Source of the DNA: Octopus sinensis
Taxonomy: Eukaryota
Length of the DNA: 29,732 bases
NCBI RefSeq assembly: GCF_006345805.1
Contig: NW_021827494.1
Span: forward strand, 1-29,732
Direction of reading: 5' to 3'
Positions 11,244-22,246 of the stretch are shown piece after piece. The position numbers and the translations under genes were made by a program. Under the pieces are notes generated by a model, which did no database searches, was not told the DNA's origin, and saw only the letters and a list, made by a program, of their open reading frames with translations. Within the stretch, counting starts at the first letter, position 1. Every line of letters begins with the position of its first letter.

Positions 11244-14200
11244 CCGACTACGGCTGCTATAATGGTACGATTATAATTGTAACAGCAATGATGCCCGTCT
11301 CCCCACGAGCCAACCAAAGCTAAAAAATGATAACATTATCGAGCACCAAATGTTTTTGGAAACTAAAAGGAAAACTAAATCAGTATACCAAATCGCTTGT
11401 CCTATGGTTAATCTGGAAGCGCGTCCCCCAGGGAAGAGCCAGCCTGGGACCGAAAAGTCATCAACTGGCACAAACTCTTCTCCGAATACGGACATGGATG
11501 GTCACTTGAACGGGAAATCCCCCAACTCGAGCCTCCAAGTTCACCACCACAACCACCACAGAAAGAAAAATGTAAGCGGAACAATGGACCCGAGAAGAGT
11601 ATAAAGAAGTAATATACGCTTATTACTATGCATTAGGTAGGCCATCTCAAGAGAGACACACCGCAAACTCTTACAGTATATGGAGAACACGGAATCAAGA
11701 CGTAGGCCCTATTTGGACGAGAACAATTAGCAAATGTGAGGAGGGATATCCTTAGAAATAACAGACTCACAGACAGTGAAATAAGCGCGATCAGCACGCA
11801 ACGGAAAATGACATAAATATAAGACACAAAGGAAATGAAGAATCAGATGAACAGTATAGCCCGCCACGAGGCTTAATGAAAGACTGCCATCTGGCCAAAG
11901 TACGCAAAGGCCTGAAGATACAAGAAATTCTATTGTACCTGTTAAAGATAGCCAGGAAACGAAAAAACAACACAACAGTAACTGAAGATCTCGCATCTGC
12001 TAAAGAACACAGAGAGTCTATGGCAGAAATGAGGCAGAAATCCTGAACACTTGAAGTTGTAAGACATACAAGTATGAATGATAGAGAACCACTTCTAAAC
12101 TCTCAAATACAAACCAAATAAAAAACAAATCCAAATTGGCAACTATGTAACAATGAATAATACGAGAATTAAAACCTGATTTTACTGAGTTAAATGAAAT
12201 TATTACGCTTCTGCTAGGGCAATTGAAACCAGCTGTATGCCCCCGAAAAAACAAAGAAAACAAAACCTGGAAGAAATCAAACCTGGAGAAGTAAAATTGA
12301 AAAGAGATTGAATTTATGAGAGGGGAAATATCAATATTAAATGAACTAATTGTGGAAATGATGTAAGATCCAGAACAGGAAGAAAGATGAAGAGAAAATT
12401 TGATCCTCACCAAGAGAAGAACTGATATCAATAAAAGAAACGCTGAAACAAAAAGTCCAAGCAAAAGCCCAAAGATACGAAGATTTGAGAAGAAAACAAG
12501 TTTTACAAGCAAAATAAGCTGTTCACATCCAATGCCAAAAATTCTACAGAGAAATAGGGAAGGAAAAGTAACCGTTAAAGACCCCCCTCCCATGGAAGAA
12601 GTTCAAACTTTTGGAAAAGTATTTGGAGTGACAAGAAGACGTACAACATAAATGCAGACTGGATTATACAAACTGAAGGATCCTACCAAAATTTACAACA
12701 ACAAGCATGGGAAGACATCACAATAACAGACCTAAGAAAGGCACTCACGAAGGCCCATAATTGGAAATCCCCCGGTAAAGATAGGGTGCCGAATTTCTGG
12801 CTCGCATCGCTCCCATGCGCACACGGTAAGCTAGTTCAGCTGCTCAATGGAATTATGAGAGACCCAAAGAAACACCTGAATGGTTAGCAATGGCATTACT
12901 TACCTACTCCCAAAGAATAACGAAACCAACCTTCCAAAAAACTATCGGCCTATAACCTGTCTATCCACCACGTATAAAATCCTAACATCTATCCTGGCGG
13001 AGAAAACATATGCATTCATGGAGAAGAACGATATTTTCCCCATTGAACAAAAAGGGTGCCGCCGAGGCTCTTACGGATGCAAAGATCAACTGCTAATCAA
13101 TCGTATGATCCTTGAACTGTCACAACAAGCGCAGAAATCTCAGCACCGCATGGATTGACTATAAAAAGGCCTTCGACAGTATACCGCATCCATGGATCTT
13201 GAGATCGCTGGACATCTTCAAAATTTCCCCTGTGATTTCAAACTTCCTGAAGCACAATATGTCGTTGTGGAATACGAATCTCCAATTATACCACTCTAAT
13301 GGAGTACTTGCCTCAGAAAATAAAACATCAACTGTGGAATTTTTCAAGGTGACTCACTTTCACCTTTAATATTCTGCATAGCCCTAATACCCCTTACAAG
13401 TGAATTAAACAGAACAGGGTATGGGTATAAAATTGCCAATAAAAAATAAGCCATCTATTTTATATGGATGACTTAAAACTTTATGGTAAAGACAATAATG
13501 AACTTGAAGGCCTATTGTGCACTGTGAAAGCATTCAGCGATGACATCGGGATGGAGTTTGGACTTGAGAATTGTGCCAAGGCCACTTTCCAGAAAGGGAA
13601 AGTGAAGACCACAAATTCAGTTCGTGTTAGATGTTGACACAGTCATAAGAGAGCTTGAGCAAGAACAAACATACAAATATTTAGGGATAAATGAAGGCTC
13701 TGGTATTCAGCATGCAAGCATGAAAGAGAAGATCAGGAAGGAATGTTATAGGAGAGTTCGTGCAGTCCTGAAATCTGAACTAAATGCACGTAACAAGGTG
13801 TTAGCTATAAATTCCTTAGCAGTTCCAGTTGTTACTTATAGCTACAATGTGTTGAACTGGAATATGAGTGAAGTAAAGAATATAGATAGGAAAATACGCA
13901 AGCTGCTGAGTTGTAATAGGATGCACCACCCAAAGGCAGACGTAGATCGCCTTTACCTTCCCAGAGCCCAAGGAGGTCGAGGCCTGATCCAATTTGAACT
14001 AGCTACTTACAAAACAACCACAATTGGACTGGCCAAATATCTCGAAATATCGAATGACTGGATGCTAAAGCTCGTGGAAAATCACGAGAGACGAAAGAAG
14101 CTTCATTCTATCATAAGGAAAGCAAAATATTTGCTATTGATCTCGTGCAGGATACCCAAACAGAACAACCCGAGGGAAGTACGGCAATATTGTTGCAAAG

Positions 14201-15178
14201 AAGTTGAAAATAATGGCAACGAAAAAAGCGCACGAGCAATTGGCTGATAGGTGGGAGGAGAAACCTCTGCACGGCAAATATGTGACCCGCAGCAAACAAG
14301 CTGATGTTGACCAGAAGCAAACCCATCAGTGGCTACGGAGCTCAGGGCTAAAAGCAGAGAGCGAAGGTTTCATCCTGGCTGCTCAAGATCAAAGCCTATT
14401 AACCCGGAACTACCAGGCCAATGTGATGAAAAATGGAGCAGACCAAAATGCCGATTCTGCAACGACATGATTGAAACAGTGGACCACCTAATCTCTGGAT
14501 GTAAAGTCTTAGCACCAGTGGAGTATAATTAAGACATGACAGAGTTGGCCAATATCTACCACTGGCTAATAAGTCGGCATTACAATATCAAAACTGCGAC
14601 AAGTGGTATAATCACCACCCTGAGGCTGTAACTGAAGGAGAAAATGTAACCATTCTGTGGGACTTTCCAGTACAACAGACCGAACCATCAAGGCAATAAA
14701 CCAGATATTGTTGTGAAAGACCAAACAATAAAGTTTGCTTATTGATCGACATGAGCATCCCCTGTGATCATAATATCTCAGCGAAAGAGTTTGACAAGCT
14801 CAGAAAATATAAAGACCTACTCATTGAAATTGAGAAATGTGGCATCTCAAGGCGGTTACAATACCAGTGATCGTAGGAGCACTAGGAATGATCAAAGGGA
14901 ACCGAAAATTATATGAGAATGATCCCTGGCTTACCATCCCTGCAAGAAGTGCAAAAGTTGTCTTAACTGGTAAATCACACGTATTGAGAAGAGCATTGTC
15001 GATGTGAGAACTGTTGCTGCTCATGTATTTTAATTTAACTTAAAAAAAAAATTTTTTTTAAATGAACGAACTATTGATTTTGTTAATGGCCTACCAATGT
15101 ATACTATGAGTTTCTTTGCCCTAGGAGTCGGGAAGACACTCGGCAAGAAATGGAAGCAAATTTGAAAGAAGAAAAAAA
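11244..15178 (+). mobile_element. Near-full-length RLE-type non-LTR retrotransposon, R4/Dong-like
   Basis: Single long disrupted ORF with N-terminal WTREEYKEVIYAYYY domain, RT motifs, CCHC finger and RLE nuclease; about 170-bp 3' UTR ending in an A-rich tail that runs into (TAA)n; 5' flank ends ...AATAACAATAATAA. Confidence 0.9.
11560..15007 (+). pseudogene. Frameshifted RT-CCHC-RLE polyprotein of the R4/Dong-like element
   Basis: KNYRPITCLSTTYKILTSIL (about 12940), EQKGCRRGSYGCKDQLLIN, AWIDYKKAFDSIPH, YMDD (13461-13472), CRFCNDMIETVDHLISGC (14449-14502), KPDIVV (14698) ... LIDMS ... KY, ending RALSM* at 15007; many single-base frameshifts. Confidence 0.9.
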
Positions 15179-15252
15179 TAATAATAATAATAATATAATA
15201 ATAATAATATAACAACAACAATAATAATAATATAATAATAATAATAATAATC

Positions 15253-15290
<38 letters not shown>

Positions 15291-15300
15291 TTGATGATAA
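15179..15300. repeat. (TAA)n microsatellite
   Basis: ATAATAATA runs directly after the retrotransposon 3' end. Confidence 0.95.
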
Positions 15301-15639
15301 TGACAATGACGACGACTACAACCTCTATTTGCCAGGGGGCGTATAATGAGGGAGGAGTATTACTAGGACAGTTTTCAGTTTGTGAGATGGGGTTCATCAA
15401 AATGATGAGTAGAACAAGTTCAAAGATCATGAACACAAAACGAACCAGTAGTGGTTTGTGTAACGCCTGTAGTTGTTCTGTTAGGGAGTTGAATATCACG
15501 GTTTTTATAACACTCAGCCAAGCTTCTAGAACTTTCAGTAGAACTATTTGTCTTCACAAAGCATACTTTCATGTTTACCGCTAATTTGTTACACATCATT
15601 CGATCAGATTGATCGAACTATGTTCACGTAGTGCAGGTA

Positions 15640-16140
15640 GAACTAACGATACTGGTGGTGGGAGTGGTGGTGGGAGTGGTGGTGGTAGTGGTGGTGGTGG
15701 TGGTGGCGGCGACGGTGGCGACAGTGGCAATTGCAATGATAAGAACGGTAATCGTAGAAATGGGAGCAGGTCGAGAAGAGGTATAAATGATTAACAGGAG
15801 GAGGTGGAGGAGGTGACCAATGATGATGATGATGGGACTAGGGTGATGGTGATGGCGATGATGATGATGATGACAGTGGTGATAGTGGTGGTGTTGATGA
15901 TAATGGTTGATGAATAGGGAGATGAGGAGGAGGAAGAGAAAAAGGAGGAAGAAAAAGAGGTGGTGATGATGATGATTGTGGAGGAGCGTAGACAGAGAGT
16001 AGTAGTAGTATTAGAAGAAGAAGAAGAAGAAGAAGAAGAAGAAAAGAAGAAGAAGAAGAAGAAAAGAAGAAGAAAAAGAAGAAGAAGAAGAAGAAGAAGA
16101 AGAAGAAGAAGAAGAAGAAGAAGAAGAAGAAGAAGACAAA
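15640..16140. repeat. Compound (GGT)/(GAT)/(GAA)n microsatellites
   Basis: GGT runs at 15655-15710, GAT at 15820-15900, GAA at 16015-16135. Confidence 0.92.
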
Positions 16141-16899
16141 TTTTTAAAAAACGGACAGGCAGAAGTAATGAAGAAGGAGGGTTGAGAAAACCTCGGTTGG
16201 GAGAGAAAGCTGAGAGGAAAGTAGGGAGGAAGGGTTCGAATGAAGAAAAGAGCATTTAGTCCCCCGAGTGGGACTTTGGATCTCTTCCCGCTATAAAGAA
16301 ATGTTTATATAGCCAGCGAGATCGGGATAAGACATTTATTACGGTGTGTTGTTTTTCCATTATGTATAATGGCCGATGTCAGTTTTTACATTCGATTTAA
16401 GGTCGCTAGCCGTTCCTCATTGCCAACTCTTTGTGTTAGAATTAATGGAATTATCTCTCGGCTTCACTCCCTTGAGTGTCAGTTGACGGGCTGCAAAAAG
16501 AGAAGTGAAACTGTCGTCTGCTTGTTTATTGACAAAACACGCCCAAAATTGGGGGCATTGAACTCATTGGAATGGATGATACTTGAGGCTAAGGCGAAGT
16601 TACTTCCATGACAACCTTATTTGTTGTTATTCTATTTCTTTTCTTTTTCTTTTTTTTCAATCAATTACAATTTAAGAATGGATAGTGTCGGCCATTTTCA
16701 TTTTCGTCTTTTGTTCGTTTCTTTCTATATTTTGAACATTTATTTTGTTTGTTTTTGTATAGTTTAATTTCTTTTTCTCTGTAAACATAAAATTAATTCT
16801 TACACGAAACAGATTATAGCAATTTTCCTATTCTTTCATTCGAAGCTCAGTTGAAATCCAACCGTTTACAATGTAAATTGTTGATGTTAGGGCTGATGT

Positions 16900-17108
16900 T
16901 ACTGTTGGCTCTGCTGCTGCTGGTGCTGGTGCTGGTGATGGTGCTGCTGTTGGTGATGGTGCTAGAGCTGCTGATACTGCTGTCGTTGTTGTTATTGCTG
17001 TTTATTTTGAACAGTTTCCATGGTATTATAATAATTATCATTTTCACCAGCATCATCACGAATTTTCATCATTGTTCTTATTCTTGTTGCTGTTATTGTT
17101 GTTATTTG

Positions 17109-17164
<56 letters not shown>

Positions 17165-17185
17165 CATTATTATTATTATCATTAT

Positions 17186-17223
<38 letters not shown>

Positions 17224-17304
17224 TTATTAATATTACAACTTCTACTACTACTATTATCATTATTATCATTATTATTATTAATATTACTATCATTATTATT
17301 ATTA

Positions 17305-17384
<80 letters not shown>

Positions 17385-17385
17385 C
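16900..17385. repeat. Compound (GCT/GGT), (ATT)n, (ACT)n microsatellites
   Basis: Trinucleotide runs; source of the poly-L/I/T/Y ORF at 16851..17420. Confidence 0.95.
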
Positions 17386-17774
17386 CTAAAGTAAGTACTG
17401 CAGATGTTTTCGACGAATAGTCATTGTTTAATTGTTCGTTCATATTATTTTTGTGGTAAGACTGCCAATAAAAGTCAAACTTCTATCTGTAATTCATTCT
17501 ACTTATTCTTGTAGCTTTCATCGCTATTGCTATTGTTGTGACTGTTGTTGCTGCTTTGTCATGAATAGTAGAAGTGTTCCGTCTCTTTATTATTTTTATT
17601 TTCGGTTTAAACACATTCTATTGTATGAAAGCCAAAACATTTTTTCAGAAAAAACAATAATCTCACATTGATACATAACCATAAAATAGCTATACTGCCA
17701 AAAATAAACATTCAAACACAGTACACACGCGTGAACATGCATATATGATTGTATATATGTGTGCGTGTATATAT

Positions 17775-18792
17775 ATATATAAAACTGAGAATATGTGTCT
17801 GTCTGTCTGACTGTCTGTGTGTTTCCCTAAAACTTGAGAACTACACAACCAATTTCATTCAAATTTTACACATTCCTTACTTAGGGTCCAAAAGAATGTT
17901 CAACTTCTTGCCTAGAGCGAGCCCATAACAATATCATATCTTCTCCACTATTTCAGTATTACGTGTTAAAAGTGAAACAAAAATATTTCTCTATTTTATG
18001 TCAGATACTTTCACTGTAACACTAAAAATTAGAGATAATAATAACAATTGAATTATATGTAGTAAGTAATAATTAAAATCAAACTAAAGTATAATATAAT
18101 CGTAACATAACAAAAGTAAAAATAGCAATTGGTATAAAATTGCATCAATGACTTGAACTTGAATAAGTGGTTTCACATGAATGGGAATAAATTAAAAATA
18201 AAATTAGCGTGCAGAAATGGAATAGTCAAGATGGATAATAAAAAATTAAATTAAAGAAAAGACTATTGTCTATAAAGTATACAATGTAGAGAAAAAAGAA
18301 GGTTTGAACACCTGGAGGAAAGCACCATCGAAAAGTGTCTTGGTGCGACTATGAAAGATATCTAACCAGAGGCGGTAAATTCGCCACAATAGAAGCAAGG
18401 TTCGAGTCAACGGGGCATGCAAGGGAGTACTCGACTCGAACTTGCGAAGTGGAAATATTTTATTTTTACCTTTTTATCTGGGACGTAGGACGTCCCGGAT
18501 AAAAATTTTTAATGCCCCCCCCCCCAGAAGTGGAGGCTGGATTGTAGCCACGCTTCTATACAAGAGGGAGGACAAGATACAATTGATCGAATTGCAAGAT
18601 ACGGGCTTACAATTCCAGTCTGTTATATATTTTGAGTATTGTTAACACTAGCGATATCAAGATATAACTTTGTATTTTGTATTTTATGTGTAGATGTATA
18701 TATATAGATGTACATGTAATATGTACACATATATATACACATATATACATGCACTAGCACTCTGACCCGGCAACGAAGGGTCATAATGCTAG
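17775..18792 (+). mobile_element. Non-autonomous Helitron-like element, copy 1
   Basis: 5' end in a TA run followed by (GTCT)n and ACCAATTTCATTCAAATTTT (DINE/HINE-like); 3' end TGACCC-ggcaacgaa-GGGTCA hairpin (18763-18783), then CTAG (18789-18792) followed by T. Confidence 0.6.
18250..18645 (+). pseudogene. Fragment of a LINE ORF1/gag-like frame inside the Helitron-like unit, copy 1
   Basis: Joined frames read KEKTIVYKVYNVEKKEGL..LEESTIEKCLG..YLTRGGKFATIEARFEST..GNILFLPFYLGRRTSRIKIFNAPP..GWIVATLL. Complex protein-like sequence; ORF1 assignment is from memory only. Confidence 0.35.
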
Positions 18793-18984
18793 TATATATA
18801 ATATATATATAATATAAGCGGGATCAGCCATCTGAATGTGGCTAGGGACAGGGCGGGGTGGTGGGGGTGTTACTGATGCATTTAGCCCCAGGCGACTATA
18901 GACGTCACCAGAAGAGCCGACACCATCACGGTGTCCTTGCTAGCCTGCAAAGGGAGATCAGCCTCCCCGAAGATACGGATGCTA

Positions 18985-19027
18985 CACACGGACCGGTTTC
19001 GAGGTATTCGCCTCTCGTCAGCGCATG
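18985..19027 (-). ncRNA. Type I hammerhead ribozyme, family B copy 1 (canonical core)
   Basis: Minus strand: CAUGCG-CUGACGA-GAGG(CGAAUA)CCUC-GAAA-CCGG-UC-CGUGUG; 6-bp stem I with GU pairs, 4-bp stem II, palindromic ACCGGU stem III, GUC triplet. Confidence 0.9.
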
Positions 19028-19305
19028 GCAAGCACCGTTCTTCGTTGATGGTGTCGGCTCTTCTGGTGACGTCTATAGTCGCCTGGGGCTAAATGCATCA
19101 GTAACACCCCCACCACCCCGCTCTGTCCCTAGCCACATTCAGATGGCTGATCCCGCTTATATTACAGAGCAGTTACTGTTTATACCTCGCTCAGAGATTT
19201 ATTATTGTTATCGAACAGATTTTCTACGCCAGTGACTGTGTTTACTGTGAAAATCTATATATATCTAGCCTGTAGAGGAAGTCCCTCAACGAAGAACGGT
19301 GCTTG

Positions 19306-19347
19306 CATGCGCTGACGAGAGGCGAATACCTCGAACCGGTCCGTGTG
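19306..19347 (+). ncRNA. Hammerhead family B copy 2 (GAA instead of GAAA)
   Basis: CATGCG-CTGACGA-GAGG-CGAATA-CCTC-GAA-CCGG-TC-CGTGTG; one A missing (mutation or homopolymer error). Confidence 0.75.
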
Positions 19348-19584
19348 TAGCATCCGTATCTTCGGGGAGGCTGATCTCCCTTTGCAGGCTAGCAAGGACA
19401 CCGTGATGGTGTCGGCTCTTCTGGTGACGTCTATAGTCGCCTGGGGCTAAATGCATCAGTAACACCCCCACCACCCCGCCCTGTCCCTAGCCACATTCAG
19501 ATGGCTGATCCCGCTTATATTACAGAGCAGTTACTGTTTATACCTCGCTCAGAGATTTATTATTGTTATATATATATAATATAT

Positions 19585-20600
19585 ATATATAACTGAGAAT
19601 GTGAGTCTGTCTGTCTGTCTGTCTGTCTGTTTCCCTAAAATTTGAGAACTACACAACCAATTTCATTCAAATTTTACACATGCCTTACTTAGGGTCCATG
19701 TAGTTTCATGGCAAAAAAATGTTCAACTTCTTGCCTAGAGCGAGCCCATAACAATATCATATCTTCTCCACTATTTCAGTATTACGTGTTAAAAGTGAAA
19801 CAAAAACATTTCCCTATTTTATGTCAGATACTTTCACTTTAACAATAAAAAAATAACAATAACAATTGAATTATATGTAGTAAGTAATAATTAAAATCAA
19901 ACTAAAGTATAATATAATCGTAACATAACAAAAGTAAAAATAGCATTGGTATAAAATTGCATCAATGACTTGAACTTGAATAAGTGGTTCACATGAATGG
20001 GAATAAATAAAAAAATAAAATAGCGTGCAGAAATGGAATAGTCCAGATGGATAATAAAAAATTAAATTAAAGAAAAGACTATTGTCTATAAAGTATACAA
20101 TGTAGAGAAAAAGAAGGTTGAAACACCTGGAGGAAAGCACCATCGAAAAGTGTCTTGGTTGCGACTATGAAAGATATCTAACCAGAGGCGGTAAATTCGC
20201 CACAATAGAAGCAAGGTTCGAGTCAACGGAGCATGCAAGGGAGTACTCGACTCGAACTTGCGAAGTGGAAATATTTTATTTTTACCTTTTTATCGGACGT
20301 AGGACGTCCCGGATAAAAATTTTTAATGCCCCCCCCCCCGAAGTGAGGCTGGATTGTAGCCACGCTTCTATACAAGAGGGAGGACAAGATACAATGATCG
20401 AAATTGCAAGATACGGGCTTACAATTCCAGTCTGTTATATATTTTGAGTATTGTTATCACTAGCGATATCAAGATATAATTTGTATTTTGTATTTTATGT
20501 GTAGATGTTAATATAGATGTACATGTAATATGTACACATATATATACACATATATACATGCACTAGCACTTGACCCGGCAACGAAGGGTCATAATGCTAG
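19585..20600 (+). mobile_element. Non-autonomous Helitron-like element, copy 2
   Basis: Same 5' (GTCT)n head and 3' hairpin plus CTAG (ends 20600) as copy 1; a 5'-only third copy spans about 21030-21460. Confidence 0.6.
20069..20447 (+). pseudogene. Same ORF1/gag-like fragment, copy 2
   Basis: ORF 20118..20447 (KHLEESTIEKCLGCDYERYLTRGGKFATIEARFESTEHAREYST) is the duplicate of 18310-18645. Confidence 0.35.
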
Positions 20601-20788
20601 TATAATATATTATAATATAAGCGGGATCAGCCATATGAATGTGGCTAGGGACAGGGCGGGGTGGTGGGGGGTGTTACTGATGCATTTAGCCCAGGCGACT
20701 ATAGACGTCACCAGAAGAGCCGACACCATCACGGTGTCCTTGCTAGCCTGCAAAGGGGAGATCAGCATACCCGAAGATACGGATGCTA

Positions 20789-20831
20789 CACACGGACCGG
20801 TTTCGAAGTATTCGCCTCTCGTCAGCGCATG
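20789..20831 (-). ncRNA. Hammerhead family B copy 3
   Basis: As copy 1, but stem II is GAGG/CUUC (one G-C replaced by a G-U wobble). Confidence 0.85.
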
Positions 20832-21698
20832 GCAAGCACCGTTCTTCGTTGATGGTGTCGGCTCTTCTGGTGACGTCTATAGTCGCTGGGGCTAAATGCA
20901 TCAGTAACACCTCCACCACCCCGCCCGTCCCTAGCCACATTCAGATGGCTGATCCCGCTTATATTACAGAGCAGTTACTGTTTATACCTCGCTCAGAGAT
21001 TTATTATTGTTATATATATATATATATATATATATATAACTGAGAATGTGAGTCTGTCTGTCTGTCTGTCTGTCTGTTTCCCTAAAATTTGAGAACTACA
21101 CAACCAATTTCATTTACACATGCCTTACTTGGGGTCCGGGAAGTGTCATCGGCAAAAAAATGTTCAACTTCTTGCCTAGGGCGAGCCCATAGCAATATCA
21201 TATCCTCTCCACCATTTCAGTATTACGTGTCAAAAGTGAAACAAAAACATTTCTCTATTTTATGTCAGATACTTTCACTGTACAATAAAAATTAGAGATA
21301 ATAATAACAATTGAATTATATGTAGTAAGTAATAATTAAAATCAAACTAAAGTATAATATAATCGTAACATAACAAAAGTAAAAATAGCAATTGGTATAA
21401 AATTGCATCAATGACTTGAACTTGAATAAGTGGTTTCACAAGAATGGGAATAAATTAAATTAGATTTGATTCACCGTAAGTTTTGTTGTTATTATTATTA
21501 CTGTTTAACTATTGTTATCACGTTTGTTGCTTCCTCGTATGGGAAACGTTGTTGTGTTGCATTTGTTAAATAATTGTAAACTGTAACCCTCCCCCTTTGG
21601 GAGAAGGAGCTTTAGACATTGTTTAAAAATTGAATTGTGTCCCTGTTTGGGGAAATTGGTAATATTTTCACCGTTTATACGGAAGCATTTTTGTTAGA

Positions 21699-21893
21699 AT
21701 GCCTTCGATAGAAGAAAGTCCAAAAATGAATTTCGCTGCAGCCGTCGGCGGGCGCGAACTCATTAAAATTAAAATGGAATAAATACAAGCCTATTTCGGA
21801 TATATCACCGACAAAGCCGGTGAATCTAGGATAACACCACCAAACAAAATAAAAAATCAAATAAAAGAAAAGACTATTGTTTATAAAGTATAA
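21699..21893 (+). pseudogene. N-terminal part of the ORF1/gag-like frame
   Basis: MPSIEESPKMNFAAAVGGRELIKIKME*IQAYFGYITDKAGESRITPPNKIKNQIKEKTIVYKV*; the last about 10 codons overlap the start of the fragments at 18250 and 20069. Confidence 0.35.
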
Positions 21894-22246
21894 CGTGAAA
21901 TAATTATTGTTTTAGAATAGCATATAACGAAGCACGCACATAAAGTTATAAATAGCTGCATGCTATTGTGTATAGCTTTATGAGTGTGGTTCGAGATAAA
22001 CTATTCCCAAAATTTATATATATGTGTGTATGTGTGTGAGTGTGTGTGTGTGTGTGTGTTGTGTGTGTGGTTATTTACACGTATACGCACGCATATTCAT
22101 GAATACATACATACATACATAACTGTGTGTGTATCTGCCTATTTATCTACGTGTGTATTCAAATTATTTAGTTCATTAACAAAGGAAGAAAAAGAATATT
22201 AATGCAAATTTTAATGTATATTACATAATAGAATTACTTTTTCTAG

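Larger units (their letters stand above)
18811..19568 (+). mobile_element. ~358-bp HHR-containing repeat (retrozyme / PLE pseudo-LTR-like), family B, with inverted 5' segment
   Basis: TGATGGTGTCGGCTC recurs at 19046 and 19404 (period 358); 18811-19045 is the reverse complement of about 19288-19521; TA-rich flanks. A shorter copy lies at 20614-21011. Confidence 0.8.
17775..21460 (+). repeat. Macro-tandem repeat, about 2.3 units (about 1.81 kb, 1.45 kb, partial)
   Basis: AACTGAGAAT-(GTCT)n-TTTCCCTAAAA starts at about 17783, 19591 and 21038; unit 2 is shorter than unit 1 by about one 358-bp family-B repeat. Confidence 0.9.

Noticed and set aside
11250-11335. HDV-like ribozyme elements in the retrotransposon 5' end (CGT-CTCCCC-ACG, GCTAA)
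   Set aside because: P3/L3-like and J4/2-like pieces are present, but I could not build P1, P1.1 (no GG) or P2; needs an RNAMotif or Infernal search.
16330-16620. Unique island with a good minus-strand acceptor (TTCTCTTTTTGCAG)
   Set aside because: All three downstream frames hit stops and no family was recognised; could be a conserved non-coding element but unsupported.
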